This document shows, piece after piece, positions 43,467 to 50,991 of a stretch of DNA of 64,000 nucleotides (position 1 is the first letter of the stretch; the number at the start of each line of letters is the position of its first letter). The stretch lies in contig JAQUKX010000003.1 in assembly GCA_028718865.1 (NCBI GenBank), positions 33,214 to 97,213 on the forward strand, given 5' to 3'. The notes beneath the pieces are model-generated. The model was not told the DNA's origin. It searched no databases and saw only the letters and a list, made by a program, of their open reading frames with translations. This stretch comes from Patescibacteria group bacterium (GTDB taxonomy: Bacteria > Patescibacteriota > Patescibacteriia > UBA1558 > GWA2-36-10). Made by a program: the position numbers and the translations under genes.

Positions 43467-44366
43467 ATGCTTATGAAGAAAAGCAATTTGTCCCGTTTTC
43501 CACGGGATATTGAGAGCAAGTCTCGTTTTTTAATTGATCTGTCAACTGGTCATCCTCTGGCCAATCTGGTCCAAGAGCTCATTATCAGAGGATTTTCTCG
43601 TCGTACTATCAAAAGCTATTTGTCGCAGAACCAGCGATTTTTGGACTGGTTAGGCTCTTCAGCAAAAGAAGTCAGTTCTCAAGACATCAAAAATTATCTG
43701 CTTTATCTAAAATCTCAAGGCCAGAGCAATACTTCTCTCAACCAGACTATTTCCGCTCTAAAATTTTATTACAGCCAAATCTTAAAGAGGAAGCTGTTTT
43801 TTAATATCAAGCGGCCAAAAAAAGAAAAATTTTTACCGGTGGTTTTGACCAGAAATGAAGTTATAAAAATTATCAATGCTTCTTCTAATTTAAAACATAA
43901 ACTACTTTTGTCTTTACTCTATGGCTCAGGACTAAGAGTGTCTGAAGTAGTCAAAATAAAAATCAGTCATTTGGATCTAGCTAGCAAAAGCTTGTTGGTC
44001 AAAGATAGCAAAGGCGCCAAAGATAGATATACATTATTAAGTGGTATTAGCTTGAAATTTTTAAATTTATACTTAGCACGATTGCCACGGGAGCAAAAAT
44101 ATTTGTTTGCCGGTCAGTCGGAACAAAGCCGATTAAGTCAGCGTAGTGCTCAAAAAATATTTGAGCATGCTTTGGAAAAGTCCGGCTTAAAAAAAGAAGC
44201 GTCTTGCCATAGTTTGCGTCATTCTTTTGCCACGCACCTCTTAGAAAAGGGAGTAGACATCCGCCATATTCAAAAATTATTAGGCCATCAGAATATCAAG
44301 ACTACTGAAATCTATACTCAAGTAGTCAGAGATTTTTGGCAGGGCATCAGGAGTCCTTTGGATTAG
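43467..44366 (+). CDS. Tyrosine site-specific recombinase with an IntI-like C-terminus (integron-integrase-like).
   Basis: 299 aa; catalytic R...HxxR...Y (SLRHSFATHLLEKGVDIRHIQKLLGHQNIKTTEIYTQVVRDFWQGIRSPLD). The ending GIRSPLD parallels GVRSPLD of IntI1. Its length is Xer-like, so the IntI-specific extra domain may be absent; this is not resolved. Confidence 0.7.
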   Translation: MLMKKSNLSRFPRDIESKSRFLIDLSTGHPLANLVQELIIRGFSRRTIKSYLSQNQRFLDWLGSSAKEVSSQDIKNYLLYLKSQGQSNTSLNQTISALKFYYSQILKRKLFFNIKRPKKEKFLPVVLTRNEVIKIINASSNLKHKLLLSLLYGSGLRVSEVVKIKISHLDLASKSLLVKDSKGAKDRYTLLSGISLKFLNLYLARLPREQKYLFAGQSEQSRLSQRSAQKIFEHALEKSGLKKEASCHSLRHSFATHLLEKGVDIRHIQKLLGHQNIKTTEIYTQVVRDFWQGIRSPLD

Positions 44367-44427
44367 TTTTTTAAAATTAGAAAACCGCTTCGCTCTGGCG
44401 AGCGAAGCGGTCGGGGTCACGAGGAGG

Positions 44428-44610
44428 CTACTTCTTGGTGGGAGGATCTTCTACCTGGATCTCTTCGTAGATCTCGCCACGGTAGACGGGGATAGAGCGC
44501 GGGGCATCAATGCCCAGCTGGACTTGCCCACTGTCAATGCCGACGACCATGATGGTGATGTTATCACCGATTTGGATTTTTTCTTCTACTTTTCTGGTGA
44601 GAATCAGCAT
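44428..44610 (-). CDS. csrA: Carbon storage regulator CsrA.
   Basis: MLILTRKVEEKIQIGDNITIMVVGIDSGQVQLGIDAPRSIPVYRGEIYEEIQ (60 aa), preceded by the SD AAGGAGGAAGAC. The track ORF extends upstream to 44691 through non-coding sequence. Confidence 0.8.
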   Translation of the reverse strand: MLILTRKVEEKIQIGDNITIMVVGIDSGQVQLGIDAPRSIPVYRGEIYEEIQVEDPPTKK

Positions 44611-44894
44611 GTCTTCCTCCTTGAGGACCTGAGAGTTTGTAAGCTTGAAACGAGCTGGGCTTACTTTAAGATTTTTCTTTATTTTTGTCAACTTGAAGCT
44701 GGCCAGGTTAGCAATCTTTGACTTTTTCGATTTTTTTGGGTATAAATATAGGCGTTAATATTTTGAAATACTAGCTGGAGTGGCATTTGCCCGCCGTAGT
44801 CCCGCATAGCGGGACGTAGGCGGGACTACGAGAATTGTGCATTGATAATAATATTTAAAAACTAAAGTTTTAATTTATACTTTAGAATATTTAA

Positions 44895-44982
44895 GCCGGA
44901 GTGGTGGAATTGGTAGACACGCTAGCCTTAGGAGCTAGTATCCGCAAGGATGTGGGGGTTCGAGTCCCTTCTCCGGTACCAA
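44895..44982 (+). tRNA. tRNA-Leu (anticodon TAG).
   Basis: Long-variable-arm cloverleaf GCCGGAGTGGTGGAATTGGTAGACAC...CTTAGGA...GGGGGTTCGAGTCCCTTCTCCGGTACCA. Confidence 0.8.
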
Positions 44983-44993
44983 GTATTTATAAA

Positions 44994-45070
44994 GGGTGTG
45001 TAGCTCAGCTGGTTAGAGCGCTACATTGACATTGTAGAGGTCAGAGGTTCGAGTCCTCTCATACCCACCA
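44994..45070 (+). tRNA. tRNA-Val (anticodon GAC).
   Basis: GGGTGTGTAGCTCAGCTGGTTAGAGCGCTACATTGACATTGTAGAGGTCAGAGGTTCGAGTCCTCTCATACCCACCA. Confidence 0.8.
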
Positions 45071-45240
45071 GAAAATTTATTTTATTTATAGAGCGCCAAT
45101 AGATTGTTTTACGACCAAAGTGATATTGCCTGCTGTTTTCCGAGCAGATTTTTATTATGGACAAAAAGTCCTTTTCGTGCTAGCCTTATTAGTTGTTTCT
45201 TGTCCCTTGTCTTGCTAGAGTCACAAAGAGGAGGCAAGCT

Positions 45241-45693
45241 ATGAAGGCTGTCTTGTCGCTGGTTTTATCGTTGGTTTTGCTTGGAACCTGCATCACAGCG
45301 TCGGCCGATTATTATCGGCCATCCCTGGAGGAGACCTTGGTTCTTCCCGGCATTGATCCTTATTATTTCGGAGAATTTCTCGAGAGCGGCAACATCGTCA
45401 CCAGCCCGCCTTATCAAGACATCTTTTTCTGGGTGGCTTATCACCACTCCGGCTGGGAAAAAATCACCATGATCCTATATTTCCCTCTGGATTTGGATCA
45501 CGAAGAGGAGCTGGACGATTTTTGCCGGCAAAGAAACCTTAGTTGGTTTTATTACAACCTCTTATTAGATGGCGAGCATTGCACGGTTTTTTCCTTTATG
45601 TCTGCTGGCGAAGATGCCAGTCAGGAGTTGATAAAGCAGCTTTGGCATTTAGTTGACCTCTCTTTCATTTGCGAGATAAATATTGACTACTAG
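45241..45693 (+). CDS. Hypothetical secreted protein (GC ~50%).
   Basis: Signal peptide MKAVLSLVLSLVLLGTCITASA; SD AAGAGGAGGCAAGCT-ATG. The track start at 45193 is upstream of the RBS. The antisense ORFs 45265..45447 and 45281..45472 are spurious. Confidence 0.5.
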   Translation: MKAVLSLVLSLVLLGTCITASADYYRPSLEETLVLPGIDPYYFGEFLESGNIVTSPPYQDIFFWVAYHHSGWEKITMILYFPLDLDHEEELDDFCRQRNLSWFYYNLLLDGEHCTVFSFMSAGEDASQELIKQLWHLVDLSFICEINIDY

Positions 45694-45868
45694 CAGTCAG
45701 CTTGCCCCCGAGCATTCGCTTGCCGCGGGGGCTTCTTTATTTTTTTCAAAATACAGAATAATTTCTTGGCCAAAGCCGTGGTGACTAGGAAAAAAATTTT
45801 GGCTTTACAAAGCAGGGATAAAATTTTATAATACAAGCAATGCTAGTATAAAAAATAAAAAGAAAAAT

Positions 45869-46285
45869 ATGGCAAAAAATAATATTGAAGCCAGAGAAAT
45901 CCCGCTCAAAGACAGTGATGATTACATTGAAGAGCCTGACGGTGAGCTGGAAGAAGAAGGCCAGCTGTCGGTAGATGTTTATCAGGACGGCCCTAACATC
46001 TATATAAAATCAACCATTGCCGGCGTAGAGCCAGAAGATATTGATATTACTTTTGACAGCGATATGATCACTATTCGCGGCAAAAGGGAAAAAGATAAAA
46101 GCATCCGCCAGGAAGATTATTTTTATCAGGAATGCTATTGGGGCGGCTTTTCCCGCTCAATCATACTGCCGGTGGATGTCCAGGAGGAAAAAATAAAAGC
46201 TGAGCTGAGAAATGGAGTGCTTACCATTACTTTGCCCAAGGCCAAGCGCCGCGATATTAATATAAAAGTTAAAGACAACGACTAA
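45869..46285 (+). CDS. Hsp20/alpha-crystallin small heat-shock protein.
   Basis: 138 aa; the ...GVLTITLPKAKRRDINIKV ending is typical of the ACD fold. Confidence 0.7.
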   Translation: MAKNNIEAREIPLKDSDDYIEEPDGELEEEGQLSVDVYQDGPNIYIKSTIAGVEPEDIDITFDSDMITIRGKREKDKSIRQEDYFYQECYWGGFSRSIILPVDVQEEKIKAELRNGVLTITLPKAKRRDINIKVKDND

Positions 46286-46494
46286 TGTTTATCAAAGACT
46301 TAGCTCTTTACTTTGACCGGCAGGAGCAAGACAAAACTTACTTCAAAGATCAAGCGGGCCGAGAAATTGCCATAGATAGCGGCCTGCTTTTAGATTATAG
46401 TGAAAAGAGCAAGCTGCTTTATCTCAGTCTTTCCTCTCAAAAGCAGGCCGAGGTCAAGGCCAAAGAAATTTTGAACGAGATTTTAAAGGATTAG
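46285..46494 (+). CDS. Hypothetical small protein.
   Basis: 69 aa, start overlapping the hsp20 stop. Confidence 0.35.
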   Translation: MFIKDLALYFDRQEQDKTYFKDQAGREIAIDSGLLLDYSEKSKLLYLSLSSQKQAEVKAKEILNEILKD

Positions 46495-46510
46495 TTTAAT
46501 AGCACGTTTT

Positions 46511-48379
46511 ATGAGGAGTATAAAAATTTCCAATATAAAGAAGAAAAAAGCTTTACTTTGGCCGCTTTTGTCTTTGGCGATTTTGGGCTTTTTGTTTCTG
46601 CTGTCCTGGGGCGGCAATTTTTTGCTTAACAAAAGCTACCAAGGCACTTTTTTAAAAGGCACTAAAGCCGGCGGCATAGATATCGGCGATCTTACTTTTG
46701 AAGAGGCCAAAAGCAAATTGGACAAACGCATTGAGTTCGTCAACCGCCGCGGCTTTGTCTATGTTGCCCCGACCAAAACCGTCACTATTTATCCAGTGGC
46801 CATGGCTACGGAAACAGGCGACAGTGTCCGTTTGATAGTTTCCTGGGACACGGTCCAGACTTTGGAAAACATCCAAAAAGAACAGGCGGACAGCCGCTGG
46901 CGGGATTTTTTCCGTAAACTGCGGATTTTTGCCATAGGCCGGAATTATCCTTTGGTGCATCGCTGGGATCAAGAGCAGCATTTGGCTCTGCTGAAAGAAA
47001 ATTTTGCTGATGTTTTGACGGAAAAAGTTGAAGCGGGTTTTGAGTTTGTCTCGGCTAATCAAATCAGAATCATAGAAGAAAAACCGGGCAATTCTTTTGA
47101 TTATGAAAAAGCCTTGATCCAGACCAGGCCGCTGATAGAAGAGCTTGATAGTTTTGATATTATGCTTTATTCCAGCCAGGATTATCCGGCTATAAATAGC
47201 CAGGCAGTCGGGAGTCTGGAGCCGGTTATTTTAGCTTCTTCTCAAGCCGGTGATATTTTACTCACCAGCCAGGATAGGCAGTGGTCAGTAGCCAATGATA
47301 CTTGGCGCCATTGGCTCAAAGTAAAAACCAAAGCCAATGGCCGTGATTTTTATCTCGGTATCAGTCAAGAACTTTTTGACGCTTATTTGCAAGAAGCAGG
47401 TATCAAAGAAAAAGTAGAAAAGCCAGTGCAAAATGCCCGTTTCAAGTTATTGGATGGAAAAGTGAGTGAGTTTATCAATAGTCAGGATGGAGTGTCCATT
47501 GATTTGTCGTCCAGTGTCAGCCAGCTGGAAGAGCTTGTTATCTCTGGTCAAGAATTAGCTTTGGAGCTGACTCTTAGCACAGTCGAGCCGGCAGTGGCTG
47601 TTACCGATGTCAATGATTTGGGGATAAAAGAAATTATCGGTACGGGCATTTCTGATTTTAAAGGCAGTCCGGCCAATAGAATTCACAATATCGGTGTTGG
47701 CGCCAGCACCTTAAACGGCATGCTGATAGCCCCGGGCGAGGAATTTTCCGTAGTCAAAGCTTTGGGTAAAGTAGACGCCGAGCATGGCTATAAGCCGGAG
47801 CTGGTGATAAAAGGCAATCAGACCATACCAGAGTACGGCGGCGGCCTTTGTCAGGTCAGCACCACTATTTTTCGCGGCGCCCTAGACACGGGACTGCCCA
47901 TTACAGAAAGGCGCAATCATTCTTATCGAGTGATTTATTATGAGCCGGCCGGCACCGATGCTACTATTTATAGTCCTTGGCCGGATTTGAAATTCAAAAA
48001 CGACACGGGCCATCATATTCTCATCCAGTCGCGCATGGAAGGCAGCAAGCTTTATTTTGATTTTTGGGGAACAGGCGATGGTCGCATAGTACGCATGACT
48101 GAGCCTATTGTTTATAATATAGTTGCGCCGCCACCAAAAAAAGTCATCAAAACCACGGACTTGGCTCCGGGCCAGGAAAAGTGCACGGAAAAAGCTTATA
48201 ACGGCGCTTCCGCCAAGTTTGATTATAGTGTTCAGTATTTCAATAAGCCCGAGCCGGTAGAAACCACTTTTTATAGCCATTATGTGCCTTGGCAGGAAGT
48301 CTGTCTTTTGGGGGTAAGCGAAGAGGAACTAGCCGAGTCAAACAATGGCAATGCCACTTCCACGCCGGATAACTCCTAA
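46511..48379 (+). CDS. VanW-family protein.
   Basis: 622 aa; N-terminal TM; VanW signature region ...GGGLCQVSTTIFRGALDTGLPITERRNHSY... Confidence 0.65.
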   Translation: MRSIKISNIKKKKALLWPLLSLAILGFLFLLSWGGNFLLNKSYQGTFLKGTKAGGIDIGDLTFEEAKSKLDKRIEFVNRRGFVYVAPTKTVTIYPVAMATETGDSVRLIVSWDTVQTLENIQKEQADSRWRDFFRKLRIFAIGRNYPLVHRWDQEQHLALLKENFADVLTEKVEAGFEFVSANQIRIIEEKPGNSFDYEKALIQTRPLIEELDSFDIMLYSSQDYPAINSQAVGSLEPVILASSQAGDILLTSQDRQWSVANDTWRHWLKVKTKANGRDFYLGISQELFDAYLQEAGIKEKVEKPVQNARFKLLDGKVSEFINSQDGVSIDLSSSVSQLEELVISGQELALELTLSTVEPAVAVTDVNDLGIKEIIGTGISDFKGSPANRIHNIGVGASTLNGMLIAPGEEFSVVKALGKVDAEHGYKPELVIKGNQTIPEYGGGLCQVSTTIFRGALDTGLPITERRNHSYRVIYYEPAGTDATIYSPWPDLKFKNDTGHHILIQSRMEGSKLYFDFWGTGDGRIVRMTEPIVYNIVAPPPKKVIKTTDLAPGQEKCTEKAYNGASAKFDYSVQYFNKPEPVETTFYSHYVPWQEVCLLGVSEEELAESNNGNATSTPDNS

Positions 48380-48709
48380 ACAAAAAACCTCCTAATCAAG
48401 GAGGACTTTGTTCTATCTTTTAGAGCAACTGTGCCCAAGAAAATCATTTCTTGAAAAAAATTCAGCCGGAGCCGAATTTCATCGGAAAAATGATCCCCAT
48501 GCTTGTCGTGGACACAGTTGCCCGAAAAGATAGATTTTGGAGATCGGATTTTATTTTTGTTTCATTATGACTAGGAATAATAGCATAGGATTGGAATCTT
48601 GTCAATACCCCCTGTTTTTTGCTATAATTTAAGGGATTTTTCAGCTTGACGTGGCATTTTTTTTGCGTTATCATCTTTATCATCTAAATAAGCTAATTTT
48701 AATAAAATC

Positions 48710-48904
48710 ATGGGACTGCCATCACAAAAAAGGACCAAGTCTTCAGCTCGTCGTCGAGCAGCTCACTTTGCCTTGAAAAATTTCGGCAAGAACAAATGCA
48801 GCAATTGCCAAGCCAGCATTTTGGCTCATCGCGCTTGCCCCAAGTGCGGCTACTTCAAAGGTGAGAAAAAAATAGCCACTGGCGGCCGCTTGAACAAAAA
48901 ATAG
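48710..48904 (+). CDS. rpmF: 50S ribosomal protein L32.
   Basis: 64 aa; basic N-terminus and the C..C...C..C zinc-ribbon (CSNCQ...CPKCG) typical of L32. Confidence 0.7.
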   Translation: MGLPSQKRTKSSARRRAAHFALKNFGKNKCSNCQASILAHRACPKCGYFKGEKKIATGGRLNKK

Positions 48905-48914
48905 TTTTAAGCTA

Positions 48915-49778
48915 ATGGCGAACCGACACTTATCAAGAACACTGGCTTTGCAAGTTCTGTTTGAATGGGATTTTAGCAAAGGCAGTCATCAAGTGGAAGA
49001 AACCCTAGAGTATCTCCGACGGGAATTTGCTCCTGATTTTGATGATCAGGGCTTTTCTTTGCAGCTGGTAAAAAACATTATTGACCATCACCGAGAAATA
49101 GATGCTCTGATAAGCAAGTTCGCACCAGAATGGCCGCTGGAGCAGATAACTACCAGCGACCGCAATGTTTTGCGTATTGGCGTCTATGAACTGAAGCTGG
49201 CAGCGGAAATTCCTCCCAAGGTGGCGATAAATGAAGCAATAGAACTGGCCAAGGCCTACGGCGGCGATAGTAGCGGCAAGTTTGTCAATGGAGTACTGGG
49301 CAGCATCTATAGAGAGATGGTTCAAAAAGGAGAAAAACAAAGTTTGTCCAGCCAAGGCATCAAAGAAGTCTCGGTCGGCGGAGTTATCTATCGCCAAGCC
49401 GATGATGGGCTTTACTTTGTCTTAATCTTGGATGCTTACGGCAAATGGACTTTTCCCAAGGGTGGCATTAAAGAGGGCGAGGATGAACAAGCAGCAGTAA
49501 AGCGCGAACTGGAAGAGGAGACCGGCCTGAAAAATCTAAGAATTTTGGGCTACTTGGGAGAAAGCGAAGTCAAGGTGCACAAGCCGGACAAGCGTCCTTA
49601 TCGCAAAATAATCAAATACTTTTTGATAGAAACCCCTGACAGCAAATTGGTAGTGCCGCAAGTGAGCGAGCTCAAGGACGTCAAATGGTTTAGCCGTCAA
49701 GAAGCGCTGGAAATTATTGGCTACGAAAACGCCAAAGATATTTTTGTCCAGGCCCTAAATGAAATAAAACAAGGATAA
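48915..49778 (+). CDS. nusB: NusB-like antitermination domain fused to a C-terminal NUDIX hydrolase domain.
   Basis: The N-terminal ~140 aa has the NusB pattern (LALQVLFEWDF...DRNVLRIGVYEL...AINEAIELAKAYGGDSSGKFVNGVLG). The C-terminal ~140 aa has a Nudix box GGIKEGEDEQAAVKRELEEETGL. Confidence 0.7.
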   Translation: MANRHLSRTLALQVLFEWDFSKGSHQVEETLEYLRREFAPDFDDQGFSLQLVKNIIDHHREIDALISKFAPEWPLEQITTSDRNVLRIGVYELKLAAEIPPKVAINEAIELAKAYGGDSSGKFVNGVLGSIYREMVQKGEKQSLSSQGIKEVSVGGVIYRQADDGLYFVLILDAYGKWTFPKGGIKEGEDEQAAVKRELEEETGLKNLRILGYLGESEVKVHKPDKRPYRKIIKYFLIETPDSKLVVPQVSELKDVKWFSRQEALEIIGYENAKDIFVQALNEIKQG

Positions 49779-50473
49779 TGCAAAGGGATATAAAAAAATT
49801 GGAAGCCAATCTGGGAGTAAGATTCAAAGATAAAAATCTTTTGCGCAGCGCTTTGGTGCATCGCTCTTATTTGAATGAACACAAGAATTTTACTTTGGAG
49901 CATAATGAGCGCTTGGAATTTCTGGGTGATGCTGTTTTGGAGCTGGCGGTGACAGCTTATCTTTACCGTCGTTATAGCGATCCGGAAGGAATCTTGACCA
50001 ACTGGCGCTCTTCTTTGGTCAATGGCGAGCGCTTGGCGGCTATTGCTGAGGATTTGGGAGTTTATAATTTTCTTTATTTGTCCAAAGGCGAAGCCAAAGA
50101 CAGCAACAAAAAAGCCAGGCAGTATATTTTGGCCAATGCCTTTGAAGCCATAGTCGGAGCGATTTATCTGGATCAGGGATTTCGAGCAGCCGACAAGTTT
50201 GTCCGCAAAACTCTTGTTATCCAGCTGGGTCGTATCATTAAGCAAAAATTATATATTGACGCCAAAAGTCGTTTTCAGGAAAGAGCTCAAGAGCAAACCG
50301 GACTGACGCCTTATTACAAGGTGTTGTCCGAGTCTGGGCCGGATCATCACAAAAAATTCGTGGTGGGCGTGTTTTTGGAAAAAGAAATGATAGGCAAGGG
50401 TGAGGGCTATAGCAAGCAGTCCGCCCAAGTTCAGGCTGCTGGCCAAGCACTGGAAAAAAAAGGCTGGCAATAA
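49778..50473 (+). CDS. rnc: Ribonuclease III.
   Basis: 231 aa; catalytic signature ERLEFLGDAVLELAV plus a C-terminal dsRBD. Confidence 0.85.
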   Translation: MQRDIKKLEANLGVRFKDKNLLRSALVHRSYLNEHKNFTLEHNERLEFLGDAVLELAVTAYLYRRYSDPEGILTNWRSSLVNGERLAAIAEDLGVYNFLYLSKGEAKDSNKKARQYILANAFEAIVGAIYLDQGFRAADKFVRKTLVIQLGRIIKQKLYIDAKSRFQERAQEQTGLTPYYKVLSESGPDHHKKFVVGVFLEKEMIGKGEGYSKQSAQVQAAGQALEKKGWQ

Positions 50474-50559
50474 TTAGAATTGATTATCAAGGCGTTCCGA
50501 CTGGGACGTTTTTTGATTTGCTCCAGTTTCTGACGAGAAACTGGGTTGACAGTAAAATG

Positions 50560-50935
50560 TTTTTTGTTATGATAGAAAAGATCAGAGTTCCCCCCGGCCG
50601 CCGCTAAAGACAGGAAAGGGGCTCGGTTGTCCTTGAGTCGCATCTTGGACGCCTTTCCACTAAGTTGACGCATCTTCAGACGTGCAACTTTAGCGGCGGC
50701 CTCAAATTCAGGCGCCGTAGGGTCATGCCTTTGATCGGCGGGCTGGTCATTGGTATTTTTTTGAGAGATGGGCTTTGGTCGCTTAGGACACAGTGGCCAA
50801 AACTACCGAAGGTCTTTCAAAATACGGCTTAAGAAACCTCCCTTGAGCCGACAAATCAGCGACCTACCCTACGGCGCTCCCTTACTGACCGTTTAGCTTT
50901 TGCTAGGCGGTCTTTGCTTTTTCCGGCTTAGTGAT
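50560..50935 (+). ncRNA. GC-rich structured non-coding transcript; candidate RNase P RNA (rnpB). Class not established.
   Basis: TTGACAGTAAAATGTTTTTTGTTATGATAG promoter at 50533-50562. The ~370 nt have no ORF. Long-range inverted repeats GGCCGCCGCTAAAG/CTTTAGCGGCGGCC and GCGCCGTAGGGT/ACCCTACGGCGC. AGGAAAGGGGCUCGG (compare P4 AGGAAAGUCCGGGCUC) and CCGGCUUAG near the 3' end (compare CCGGCUUA). rnpA is present in the genome, so an rnpB is expected. Confidence 0.35.
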
Positions 50936-50991
50936 TTTTATCAATATTTGTGTTAAAATAAGACAGTGTTATTTAACTGCAAGATCAATGT

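Larger units (their letters stand above)
19130..44366. mobile_element. Integron-like element: about 24 kb cassette array bounded by an IntI-like tyrosine recombinase gene.
   Basis: Dense one-directional small ORFs separated by a single family of imperfect inverted-repeat sites, alternating as an L half-site (CATACAACAGACAAGCGTATGCGACGTCCCGAAACGAGC...) and an R half-site (...GAACCGCATACGCGGTGTTGTGTGATG). Some sites carry core-like GTTAGGC/GCCTAAC. The recombinase at 43467-44366 is transcribed divergently from the cassettes. Cassette functions (GNAT, Nudix, Fic, RM, SDR) are typical of integron cargo. Confidence 0.6.

Noticed and set aside
43467-44366. Calling the recombinase a bona fide IntI with full confidence, or alternatively a XerC/XerD
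   Set aside because: The C-terminal SPLD ending and the cassette-array context argue for IntI-like. Its 299-aa length suggests the IntI-specific additional domain may be missing. XerC/D are normally not adjacent to such arrays. It is kept as IntI-like, unresolved.
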